A stretch of 53,189 bases of DNA, from positions 1 to 53,189 of IMG/VR virus record IMGVR_UViG_3300025769_000160. One strand, 5' to 3'. Below the pieces are notes generated by a model that did no database searches, was not told the DNA's origin, and saw only the letters and a program-made list of their open reading frames with translations. Positions 26,932 to 35,265 of this stretch are shown one piece after another. The stretch comes from a virus (taxonomy: Duplodnaviria > Caudoviricetes). Every line of letters starts with the position of its first letter. The first letter of the stretch is position 1. Made by a program: the position numbers and the translations under genes.

Positions 26932-28641
26932 TTAATAACCAAAGGTAGAATCAAAAGGCTTAGGCTTTGCAGTTTTCATCTTGTTCATCATACTGTTAAT
27001 TGTTAGATGACCCCGTGCGCGAGTCATGCACATGTACCGCAGAGCATCATAGGCATGATCATCCGCTTTTGTATCTACATCTTCAGGATTAGTCTTAGAT
27101 AGAGGAAGACCTGATAGAGTCCTGATAAGATGCGTACAGGTAGATAGTATTTTTATTCTAGGCTGGTTTGAAACAGGGTCTATCTGTAACCTGCGGTGCA
27201 TTTCCATCTTACCAGCTAATCTGTTCCTGTCAGAAGGTGTGAACCTTGCCCCACATCGTATAAGAGTTTCTGCAATTGATGGGCCGGTTCCTGTCCTATT
27301 CCAACAGGAAGCATCCAGCACTGAGTAGTACATGCCGGGATCGTTTCCCTCTAACGAGGTAATAGTATGGGCTAGCGTCTCAGCAGTTTGACCACTGCCA
27401 TAAAATTCACGGTATATCCAAAGGGTATCATCCCAATCAACAGCACCCCACAATACACAAGAGGGGGCTGCATAGCCGTAGTCTGCTGCCCTAACACGTA
27501 GCCAATTAGTAGGTATCTGCACCTGAGATGCATCTACAACATGGACATTACGTGAAAACTCTGGGAACGCCGCTCCCTCTGCGACATCCCAATCCCCTTC
27601 TAAAAGCCGTCTTCTTTCAACTTCTGGGAGCGACCTCAACATGGCTTCATATTCACCAGTTTCTGCGAGGTAGGGGTTATCAGTCAGCCGCGCTGGAATA
27701 AACTTGCGAAGAAAGAGCGGTTGACCTGCCTTGCCATTCGTTGCTGTATCAGGCCACAAAAGAGCGTTGCCTGTATCCACATCAGTTGCTGCAAAGGGTG
27801 CATTAGCCGGTGCGGGGTCGATATACATCTTCTTGACCCACCAACCACCTACCCCTCCGGGGTTTCCTGTGCAGCGCATATACGCATTGATCTCAGGGTC
27901 AGTTGTACGAAGTCTGGAACGCAAGTACTCCCACACGTAAGGTGTTGGGTAGTGCGTGATCTCATCAATGCCAATCCAAGTAAAAGCCTGTCCTTGGTAG
28001 CGCGTTACGTCTTTGTCCTTGTCGAGGTAGGAGAACCATGCCGTAGCTCCAGAAGGGAACTGCCACATAGCTTTGGATTCTCTAAAAGTCGCGCCCGGAA
28101 AGGCCTTTGGATATAGCTGCTTACTCTTGTCAACAAGCTCGGTAAGCTCGTCAAGTGTGCGCCTAATAATAAGAGCGCGATGATTGGGCCTATCACAGTA
28201 ACGGAGCAAATCAGCAAGAAGAGCATAAGACTTGCCCCCGCCAGCAGCACCGCCATAAAAGACATCCCTTTCAGGGCTTGCCAAAAAGTCAGTTTGTGGC
28301 CCTGAATTGGGCTTGAAGATAATGTCCGCTTCATCCTCAACTAGCTCCCTTACTTTTTTTGGTACGCTATTAAGTACGTTATCTTCAATTACTTTAGACC
28401 CTTTATCACTAAACAGGGCCTTTTCTACCTTCTTTATATTATTCTTTTTATTCTTAGCGTTTACCGCTTTCCTCTGGGCGTTCTTCTTTGCCTTCTCAGC
28501 CTTGCGTATAGCAGCCTGAGAGGCTCTCCTAGCCTTCTCACGGGCGGATAGGTTGTAGCTACCCTTCTCACCCTCTGCTAGCCTTGGACGGCCTCTAGAG
28601 CGTTTTACAGGCTCTTCTTTGACATTGGCCTTATCTGTCAT
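26932..28641 (-). CDS. terL: Terminase large subunit
   Basis: Walker A YGGAAGGGKS, Walker B WIGIDE, TGNPGG coupling motif, nuclease DYG and DDH.YDALRY. Confidence 0.95.
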   Translation of the reverse strand: MTDKANVKEEPVKRSRGRPRLAEGEKGSYNLSAREKARRASQAAIRKAEKAKKNAQRKAVNAKNKKNNIKKVEKALFSDKGSKVIEDNVLNSVPKKVRELVEDEADIIFKPNSGPQTDFLASPERDVFYGGAAGGGKSYALLADLLRYCDRPNHRALIIRRTLDELTELVDKSKQLYPKAFPGATFRESKAMWQFPSGATAWFSYLDKDKDVTRYQGQAFTWIGIDEITHYPTPYVWEYLRSRLRTTDPEINAYMRCTGNPGGVGGWWVKKMYIDPAPANAPFAATDVDTGNALLWPDTATNGKAGQPLFLRKFIPARLTDNPYLAETGEYEAMLRSLPEVERRRLLEGDWDVAEGAAFPEFSRNVHVVDASQVQIPTNWLRVRAADYGYAAPSCVLWGAVDWDDTLWIYREFYGSGQTAETLAHTITSLEGNDPGMYYSVLDASCWNRTGTGPSIAETLIRCGARFTPSDRNRLAGKMEMHRRLQIDPVSNQPRIKILSTCTHLIRTLSGLPLSKTNPEDVDTKADDHAYDALRYMCMTRARGHLTINSMMNKMKTAKPKPFDSTFGY

Positions 28642-29285
28642 TATTTTAGTCGAGGTTTCCTTGAAGCATTGGTGTATTTTTTAACGTGACCACCCTTTGC
28701 AAACTTTGCACTACCCCGTACTCCTGCGTAGGCATTACCTGACCTGTCAACTCTACCTGAAGCGGACATATCAAAAGGCCCTGCCTTACCCAAGTTGCGC
28801 TGGGCTGAGATACTTCTAGAATCCACATCAACTCTCGTATCAGGGTCTTCATAAAAAGCACTGGCAGTTTCTGGATTTTTAAAGTTAGGCATTTTAAAAC
28901 CTGCCCTACCTCGTCCAACAGGGGCTGATACACTTCCTCCGGGGGTGCTAAAGCTACCCATAGCCCTAGCCTTTACTCCTGAAGGAAGAAGGTCAACATA
29001 CTTTACAAGAGCATTAGCCATCTCGGAAGTAACTTCACTATCCTTACCATTAGCATATAGGTCGTAGGCTTTAGCTGCTACTGCTGCAGTAGCTGCAGCA
29101 TCCTTAACCTTAATTTCTTTACGGCCCCGGCTTGAAGACATAGCAAAGTCTTCAGGACGAAGACTAAACAAAGTCTCATCTAAAAGCTGCTTACCTTGAG
29201 GAGATTTAGCAATGGCCGCTGCTGACTGCAGGGCGAACTCGGCTAATTCTTTTTTTGTAAGTCTATTATCCGCCATAAATTTCAA
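28641..29285 (-). CDS. Hypothetical protein with C-terminal FAKGGHV motif
   Basis: About 211-214 aa (ATG start likely at MADNR); beta-strand-rich C-terminal half ending FAKGGHVKKY...RKPRLK. Confidence 0.65.
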   Translation of the reverse strand: MKFMADNRLTKKELAEFALQSAAAIAKSPQGKQLLDETLFSLRPEDFAMSSSRGRKEIKVKDAAATAAVAAKAYDLYANGKDSEVTSEMANALVKYVDLLPSGVKARAMGSFSTPGGSVSAPVGRGRAGFKMPNFKNPETASAFYEDPDTRVDVDSRSISAQRNLGKAGPFDMSASGRVDRSGNAYAGVRGSAKFAKGGHVKKYTNASRKPRLK

Positions 29286-29374
29286 TCCGTTTGTAATAAG
29301 TGCCTATACCGCGTCTGTAGCAGAGGACACTACCCGGCATTTTAATTCTAGAAAGATAGACCCCTACACGTATC

Positions 29375-29800
29375 TTAATCATTGTTGATGATGATAGGCT
29401 CTTCCTGACCCGCTTTGGAAGGAAGAAGGACTACACCATGAATCGCAGTTACATTATGCTCAACAACATCATGTTTACCTACGCCTACTCTGTTTAGAAT
29501 GGACTCCGCAGCCTTTATCTTAAGTTCAGCGCGAGGAGTAGTCCCGTCATCATCCAGAGCATTTACAAGACCTGCCGCTGCTTTTACAGAGTTAGCGGCT
29601 AGCATGTTCTTAGCCCGTTCAATAATCTCATCTGCAAGAGAGTTCATAACTGCCTTGCCAGTAGTCTCACAGTAACCAGCCACACGCAAAGCAGCAGCAT
29701 TATTGCCACCGTTGTCCATAAGAGCATCCAAGTATGCAGACTGCATCTCGGTTAGCTCTCGTTTCTTCTTCTTAGGCTGGGCTAGTAAATTATTTACCAT
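29375..29800 (-). CDS. terS: Terminase small subunit (putative)
   Basis: RELTE.Q..YLDAL...A...AGY HTH-like start, AA.SILNRVG, V.LP.K; upstream of terL. Confidence 0.75.
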   Translation of the reverse strand: MVNNLLAQPKKKKRELTEMQSAYLDALMDNGGNNAAALRVAGYCETTGKAVMNSLADEIIERAKNMLAANSVKAAAGLVNALDDDGTTPRAELKIKAAESILNRVGVGKHDVVEHNVTAIHGVVLLPSKAGQEEPIIINND

Positions 29801-30255
29801 TAGTAGTTAACTTTACGAACTCCACCACCGCGAGAATACATCTTTGCCACTTTGCTACCTGTAGCCATAGAGGGAGCTACCATGTTATCAGACCTGTTCA
29901 TGTCCATGAGACTTTTCTGAGGATTTTGCTGCATGGAGTTCTGGGATGTCATGCCCCCATAGGCCATCTTTTTCTTGTCTTTACCGTACATCTTTTTTCC
30001 TTTTGCTATCGTTGCAACATTTGTGGGCTTGCCGCCTACTCCTTGAGGCTTTGCTCTCTTACGGGAGACTGCACTCTTCTTCTGTTCCGAGGTCATGGAT
30101 TTAGCTTTAGCCCTTGGCACACACTTAGGGTAGCCCCTCTTGGAGTCTGAAGTAGAAGAGCGGCCACAGGCTTGGAGTTTTCCATCCTTCTTCGGCGCTC
30201 CAATGTCTACCCAATCTCCTTTAGGGCCTTTGCCAAACCACTCTTTAAGGCTCAT
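29800..30255 (-). CDS. Basic protein (DUF5872-like C-part plus AxGG-motif tail)
   Basis: Likely start MSLKEWF at 30255 (ATGA overlap); WVDIG..CGRS..YPKCVP; tail with MAYGG and YSRGGGVRK. Confidence 0.65.
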   Translation of the reverse strand: MSLKEWFGKGPKGDWVDIGAPKKDGKLQACGRSSTSDSKRGYPKCVPRAKAKSMTSEQKKSAVSRKRAKPQGVGGKPTNVATIAKGKKMYGKDKKKMAYGGMTSQNSMQQNPQKSLMDMNRSDNMVAPSMATGSKVAKMYSRGGGVRKVNY

Positions 30256-30431
30256 TTGTAACCGCCACCACGCTTCTTGTATTCGCGGACTAACCAAGCG
30301 TTAGCATATGCAGAAGGGTAAACGTCAAACTTCTTCTTAGCTGCAGACTTTACCCTTGAGTACAGAGCAGGGTTAGAGGGAGTAGGAGACTTGCTACTCT
30401 TCTTCTTTGCCTTTGCTTTTTTTGCTGCCAT
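30252..30431 (-). CDS. Small basic protein (DUF5872-like N-part)
   Basis: MAAKKAKAKKK...PALYSRVK..AK.KF..YPSAYANAWLV.EYKKRGG.Y. Confidence 0.65.
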   Translation of the reverse strand: MAAKKAKAKKKSSKSPTPSNPALYSRVKSAAKKKFDVYPSAYANAWLVREYKKRGGGYK

Positions 30432-30435
30432 TGCG

Positions 30436-30669
30436 TCAGGCCTTCTTTTTGCCGCTTTTCTCTTCAAGAATCTTTACAAGCTTGGGAGGCAGACTTTTCC
30501 TCTGCGCTGCAGTCACAGGACCGCCCTTTGCCATCATCCTCATGCCCCGCGCCATCATGTCCGTATCACGGGCATTCATGCCACTCATTCCGCTCATTCC
30601 GCCACGGGCCATGCCCTTAGTGGTTTTACCACCTTTAGCCATGTATTTAGTTTTTTTCTTAACAGCCAT
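30436..30669 (-). CDS. Small basic protein with MAKGG repeats
   Basis: 77 aa; MAKGG, MARGG, MARG, MAKGG. Confidence 0.7.
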   Translation of the reverse strand: MAVKKKTKYMAKGGKTTKGMARGGMSGMSGMNARDTDMMARGMRMMAKGGPVTAAQRKSLPPKLVKILEEKSGKKKA

Positions 30670-30730
30670 TGGTTCTAATCCTTTGCGTATAAATTATCAA
30701 CTCTACTACTCTACTAAGGGGGGGGTTAGG

Positions 30731-31132
30731 CTAGCACTTCCATCTTTTTCTAGCCTGACGCAGCCGGGAGTTAGGGTCTTTAGCCGCTTCTGGAAACTTC
30801 TTCATTTGTCCCGCAGAACGCGCACAATAAGACTTACGCCTCTTCGCTGCTTTACTTCCCTTTTTAACATCGCCAGTAACCGCACCCTTTAGCTTAGAGC
30901 CGGGGTTAGCCGCACGATAGGCCTTAATGCCCTTCTCAGTCATTCCAGCGCCCTGTTTAGTAGGTCGCTTCATTCCTTTGCCTTTGGGCATTACATCCGG
31001 TTTACGAACTCCACCGCCCTTTGCATAGTCCTTACGGCTAATCGCGGCTACCTTCTCAGATTGCCGCTTGTGCATCTGGGAAGCTTTGTTTAGCTCCTTG
31101 GAGATTTGCTGGAGTTGTTCTTTGGCTGGCAC
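30731..31132 (-). CDS. Basic protein (DUF6321-like)
   Basis: GMT.KG..AY...NPGSKLK...RRKSYCARS.G......DPNSRL..AR.RW.C. Confidence 0.7.
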   Translation of the reverse strand: MPAKEQLQQISKELNKASQMHKRQSEKVAAISRKDYAKGGGVRKPDVMPKGKGMKRPTKQGAGMTEKGIKAYRAANPGSKLKGAVTGDVKKGSKAAKRRKSYCARSAGQMKKFPEAAKDPNSRLRQARKRWKC

Positions 31133-31377
31133 TATTCCATCTCCACCGTTGGTTCCGCCCAGCCACTCGTTGCAAAACCAGTGGTTCTTTTATACTGTTT
31201 CTTACAGCAGCAGTCTCCACAGTCACATTGGGGACAAGGGGCTGACTCATGCTCAGAAGTAGATGTAGCTTCTGCACAGTGACATCCTTTGGAATCACAG
31301 TTGCAAGAGGCACAGAAGTTATCAGTGGTATGATTAAGCATGGTAAACGCCGCGTAAGGCCCTTGAGTATAAGGCAT
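31132..31377 (-). CDS. Small Cys-rich (metallothionein-like) protein
   Basis: From the ATG at 31377 (the track extends it to 31434): CASCNC...CHC and CPQCDCGDCCC. Confidence 0.6.
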   Translation of the reverse strand: MPYTQGPYAAFTMLNHTTDNFCASCNCDSKGCHCAEATSTSEHESAPCPQCDCGDCCCKKQYKRTTGFATSGWAEPTVEME

Positions 31378-31500
31378 GTTAAATTTCTTTTTAATTTTAT
31401 GAAAAATGCAGCTAGTACAGTCGTGTCTCAACACTCTCTAGGAGGAATATATTTTATATTGTTGATAGAGTGTAGACAGGCTAGTAGCTGCTAATTAACT

Positions 31501-31528
31501 ATTATAGTGCGTGTGAGGAAGTTGTCAA
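31501..31528 (-). promoter_or_regulatory. Consensus sigma70 promoter driving the packaging/virion operon
   Basis: Minus strand TTGACA (31528-31523), 16 bp, TATAAT (31506-31501). Confidence 0.75.
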
Positions 31529-31558
31529 GATAAAAGTTAAAGTTAGTTCATTTTATAC

Positions 31559-31586
31559 TTGACAAATCTGAAATGAGGTGTATAAT
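31559..31586 (+). promoter_or_regulatory. Consensus sigma70 promoter pointing into non-coding DNA
   Basis: TTGACA (31559-31564), 16 bp, TATAAT (31581-31586). Confidence 0.75.
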
Positions 31587-31871
31587 AGTAATTACATTAC
31601 TCCGGGGGGTTTAATATATATACCCTATTAATATTAGCCCATATTGTAATATAATTACTCAAATAACCCCCATAAGCGTAATATAATTACTATATATACC
31701 CTAAGGCATTGATAAATAATAAAAAAATTATAAAAAGGGTAAAAAATACAAAAAATACATGGGGATTGCATACAGATATATACCCACCCCCAGTGGCCCA
31801 TGCGCGCCCCCTTTAAGCTAAGTATTTGTTTTTATTGATGTTAATCAATATCCATAATATACATTCACACT

Positions 31872-31893
31872 CCCCGGCCTCCGGGGTTTTTTT
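31872..31893 (+). terminator. Rho-independent terminator
   Basis: CCCCGG-CCT-CCGGGG followed by T7. Confidence 0.7.
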
Positions 31894-32090
31894 ATGTCCA
31901 CACGCCACAAAAAGGGCGGCTAATATGCTTAGGCTCACACCCGCGCTGTTTCAATACTACCGACAAGTTTATGCATCCTACTTTTTGAACTGTTTTGATG
32001 GGGCAAGGGCGTGCAATACAAACCCTCGCAGGAAAGCCCCAGTGCAATAAGTTCGTGGAATATCTGCAGGATAGGGGATATTCACCGGGC

Positions 32091-32117
32091 ATAAAAAAGG
32101 GGAGCATAAAGCCCCCC
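32091..32117 (-). terminator. Rho-independent terminator ending the early leftward genes
   Basis: Minus strand GGGGGGC-TTTAT-GCTCCCC-TTTTTT. Confidence 0.75.
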
Positions 32118-32143
32118 TAATTCCTGCTAAATATTAATCGCTG

Positions 32144-32362
32144 TTAACTGTGAGTGTACCCGTCAGCCTCAATTCCCAAGTACATACCACACCAGTAAAC
32201 GATGGCGCATTGTTCAAGGGGCAAGCTGGATACGGTGCGCCGGAATGCTAAGAAGCTCATTCCCTGATCGTTCTGCAACCATTTGCGATGAAGCGCGGTT
32301 AGCTGGTCCTTGTTCATACGCATGTTAAATGTCCGAAATGAACGGCCATGAAAGCGCCGCAA
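32144..32362 (-). CDS. Small hypothetical early protein
   Basis: Core MNKDQLTALHRKW...FLAFRRTV...WCGMYLGIEADGYTHS; real start probably internal (~32323). Confidence 0.6.
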   Translation of the reverse strand: MRRFHGRSFRTFNMRMNKDQLTALHRKWLQNDQGMSFLAFRRTVSSLPLEQCAIVYWCGMYLGIEADGYTHS

Positions 32363-32414
32363 GCGTATCCGCCGAAGAATAAACAGAACACAATCACAAC
32401 ATCAATAAAGCGCA

Positions 32415-32741
32415 TCAGACCTGCTCCCCGTAGAAATCCGGTGTTTCATACGGCTGGATGTCATGCTCCGTTGGTTCTGTGATGTCTTTCCAATCATCAA
32501 TTCCGCAAGCGTCCATGAACTTATTTGCATCGTAACGGGGGTTATCCATTCTAAACACATTGTGGAAGTCTAGCGCCGTATCCTTAAGCGCAACCCGCGC
32601 AGCACTGGCGGCGTATATCTCGTTTACGTCGTCGTCGTCATTACCAGTGTTATGCTCCGCAGAGTCATATTCGTACCGCATTAAATTGGTTTTCAGTACG
32701 TGGGCTACTGTTTTGTAGTGCTTTTGTGTAAAGCTTGCCAT
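32415..32741 (-). CDS. Hypothetical early protein
   Basis: 108 aa, AGGAG RBS, T.KHY..VA and F..DNPRYD..KF..AC motifs. Confidence 0.7.
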   Translation of the reverse strand: MASFTQKHYKTVAHVLKTNLMRYEYDSAEHNTGNDDDDVNEIYAASAARVALKDTALDFHNVFRMDNPRYDANKFMDACGIDDWKDITEPTEHDIQPYETPDFYGEQV

Positions 32742-32765
32742 TAGTCCGATCTCCTAATTAGTGTT

Positions 32766-32794
32766 AAAAAAACCGCCCCCCGTTAAGGGGACGG
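32766..32794 (-). terminator. Rho-independent terminator
   Basis: Minus strand CCGTCCCC-TTAACG-GGGGGCGG-T7. Confidence 0.7.
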
Positions 32795-32832
32795 CCTGAG
32801 TTTACCGGCAGGGATTACCGGGCGTCAATTAA

Positions 32833-33054
32833 TTATTCTGCCTCTTTCACTTGAGGGGTAAAAAGCCCCTGTTTCGCAAGCTTCTCAATCACGCGGGAAA
32901 AAGATCCCTTAGCACCTATGCCATAGAGGCGGGCATGCTCAATATCGATGTTCTGCATTTCAAACTGTAAACCCTCAATAGCGTCGAGTGCTTCCTGAGA
33001 CACAAAAACCTGTTTCCCGCCACTGGTCGGGGTCGCTGTTTTCTTGGTAGCCAT
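32833..33054 (-). CDS. Small putative DNA-binding protein (ribbon-helix-helix-like)
   Basis: KQVFVS strand, a helix, then SFSRVIEKL helix; AAGGA RBS. Confidence 0.5.
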   Translation of the reverse strand: MATKKTATPTSGGKQVFVSQEALDAIEGLQFEMQNIDIEHARLYGIGAKGSFSRVIEKLAKQGLFTPQVKEAE

Positions 33055-33160
33055 GATCTAATTTTCCTTACAAAATGAAGTGATAAACGATTAAACAAAC
33101 TACTACTATCAAACAAAGCCGATACGCGGCCTCTATAATCTCAATTGCACATCTCCTCTA

Positions 33161-34225
33161 CTAGTTAATTGAAGCCCAAGCTGGCGCGGATAGCACTGCC
33201 CAGATACCCTTTGCGCGGTCCATCTGCTCGTTGAGCGTATAGCCCCCGCGATCAGTGTTAACCATGTTCGCAGACTTTCGACCTAGTACATGGGTTTTCT
33301 CTTCCCCGTTTAAATCAAACGTTCTGCTGTCATGGGTATGCGTGGCGTAGTGGGTCAGCACATTATACAATGCCCATTTGTTTTTGCCCAAGCCCCCGCC
33401 TTGTGAGTAGTCGCGAGAATATTCCTCCCACAAGTCATACAAGGCGTGGAATTTCTTGATATTCAGGTCTTCTGCCTTCTCTATCCCGTGCTGTTCTTCA
33501 CGGGCTATGCGTTTCTGTCCTGTAACATCCTTGGGGCAAATATGCTTGATAAATGCACCGGCAGTGGAATCATCAACGGGCGTTGCCTTCCATGCCTTGA
33601 ACCGGTCGATATTATCGCGGAATGTACCGAACACCGTGTTCGCTGTACGTAACAAGCTGGCGGCGTCAAAGTGCTTGGAATGTTTCACCTTATTGTACAC
33701 CGCCTTATCGCCACCGAACACCATTGAGTTTTCGCAGTAGGAACGGTAAGCCCCGGCGAATTGCTGGAAAGCCCATTTAGAATTGACCGAGTTGATTTGA
33801 TCAGAACGGCAATAGACCATATCGCCATTGCCGGACATATCCACGGCCTCATCCAAATACTGTATAGAGCGTTTAGCCTTCATGCCGAAGTCGGAATACT
33901 CGTCACGGACTAGCACGTTATCTGTGGGAAGTTCACTTGCCCGCAAAATGTCAGCATGTTTGCCAAACAAGTTTACGTGATTTTCCAGTGTGTAGCTAGA
34001 TGATACCGCGCTGGTATCGGCAAGCTTTCCATCGTGGAAATAGCGCAAGGCCTTGCTGCCCATGATTTCGTGACCGTCAGTATCAAACACCGAGTCTTTG
34101 TAGACCTCCAGTGGCTCAAAAAAGCTGAGATCAAAAACGTCGTTGTGTTCTCGAACGGCAGCGGGTTTAATCTGTACTAATTCCGTCACGTCGTGGGCGG
34201 GTTCGATTATCTCTATTTGGTTCAT
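33161..34225 (-). CDS. DUF932/DUF945-like early protein
   Basis: VSSSY.L.NH, INS.NS.W.F..FAGAYRSYCENSMVFG, KHSK, G.NKWALYNVLTHYATH. Confidence 0.75.
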   Translation of the reverse strand: MNQIEIIEPAHDVTELVQIKPAAVREHNDVFDLSFFEPLEVYKDSVFDTDGHEIMGSKALRYFHDGKLADTSAVSSSYTLENHVNLFGKHADILRASELPTDNVLVRDEYSDFGMKAKRSIQYLDEAVDMSGNGDMVYCRSDQINSVNSKWAFQQFAGAYRSYCENSMVFGGDKAVYNKVKHSKHFDAASLLRTANTVFGTFRDNIDRFKAWKATPVDDSTAGAFIKHICPKDVTGQKRIAREEQHGIEKAEDLNIKKFHALYDLWEEYSRDYSQGGGLGKNKWALYNVLTHYATHTHDSRTFDLNGEEKTHVLGRKSANMVNTDRGGYTLNEQMDRAKGIWAVLSAPAWASIN

Positions 34226-34408
34226 GGTTTTTCCTGTTTGTTAAAAGCAGGGGAATCTATATAGAAGAAGCAACCCTATGTCAACTAATATTTTCACTCT
34301 TTATCTGCACAAATAAAAACCCGGCGAGCGAGGCGGGGAAGCCGCCAGCACCCACCGGGCTAGGGAGAGGGGGTAAACAGGGAGAAAAACCCCCTCAAGA
34401 ATTGTAAT

Positions 34409-34440
34409 GGGCCGACAAATTTAAGGCCCGACAAGTTTAA
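34409..34440 (+). repeat. Tandem 16-bp repeat
   Basis: GGGCCGACAAATTTAA / GGCCCGACAAGTTTAA; the core recurs at 31960-31971. Confidence 0.7.
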
Positions 34441-34504
34441 TCTTTGTAGTAATCTAAAATTGCTAAATCTTCAAGTGCAAGCATTATGCTAATTCCTCTA
34501 ATGT

Positions 34505-34708
34505 TTAATCAGTATTAGACCCAGACCTATACCCAGACTCCGACCTACTCCCAGACTTAGACCAAGACTCAGACCAAGACCTATACCCAGCCCCAGACCT
34601 AGACCAAGCCCCAGACCTAGACCTAGACCAAGACCCGGACCTAGACTTAGACCAAGACCCAAACCCAGACCTAAGCTTAATTTTCTTTGTTTGGAACATC
34701 AGTAACAA
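34505..34708 (-). CDS. Ser-X dipeptide-repeat peptide encoded by a 6-bp-period repeat
   Basis: AGACCC/AGACCT/AGACTC-type hexamers over ~34517-34672; protein SGFGSWSKSRSGSWSRSRSG... Confidence 0.6.
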   Translation of the reverse strand: MLLMFQTKKIKLRSGFGSWSKSRSGSWSRSRSGAWSRSGAGYRSWSESWSKSGSRSESGYRSGSNTD

Positions 34709-34710
34709 GA

Positions 34711-34968
34711 CTACTTCAACACACCAAACGATTCAATACTCTGAGTAGAGACATACCAATCGTTAGGTAGCTTCTGACAGTCCTTCCAACTAGTTTCAGT
34801 AAAAGCACCAGTTTCAAAAACAATACCAGCGTCTTCCAGCTTGATACAAGTATTATTCACACCTACCAGCTTTCCGGTGTAAATATAAACGCCACAGAAT
34901 AGTGTAACACGCTGCCCCATAAGAGCATCAAGACCTTCATTATCAACTTCAGTTACCATAACTTTCAT
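34711..34968 (-). CDS. Small beta-barrel (Sm/LSm-like) protein
   Basis: L..LMGQRVTLFC..YIYTGKLVGVN...IKLEDA matches the Sm1-type pattern. Confidence 0.6.
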   Translation of the reverse strand: MKVMVTEVDNEGLDALMGQRVTLFCGVYIYTGKLVGVNNTCIKLEDAGIVFETGAFTETSWKDCQKLPNDWYVSTQSIESFGVLK

Positions 34969-34977
34969 CTCATTTAT

Positions 34978-35265
34978 TTATCCTGCATTAAATGATGCAC
35001 AAATTATAGCACCGGGATAGATGTCATCGTCAGGTTCACCCACGACTTCACCCAGATATATCAACTCTACTAAGTCAGGGCGTGATACCCAATTATCGTA
35101 TAGCAAAAAGTCATCTGATCCATCACAGGGATGTATCTTCTGTGCTTCTTCTGCACTGTTGGCAACCACTACAGCACTGTCGAAAGTGTCGTAGCCCCTG
35201 TTAATATTCTGGTATATCTTAAATAGTTTCATTATGCTACTTCCTGTAATGTTTCGGTAAACCAA
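34978..35265 (-). CDS. Hypothetical phage protein
   Basis: Core MKLFKIYQ...GYDTFDSAVVVA.S.EEA...HP...ICASFNAG; real start probably at MKLFK (~35232). Confidence 0.65.
   Translation of the reverse strand: MVYRNITGSSIMKLFKIYQNINRGYDTFDSAVVVANSAEEAQKIHPCDGSDDFLLYDNWVSRPDLVELIYLGEVVGEPDDDIYPGAIICASFNAG

Noticed and set aside
31826-32107. Short ORFs on both strands in the control region
   Set aside because: Non-ATG starts, no RBS, and they span terminator hairpins.
34517-34672. Repeat tract as a CRISPR array or DGR template
   Set aside because: Period is 6 bp with no spacers, no second copy was seen and there is no reverse transcriptase.
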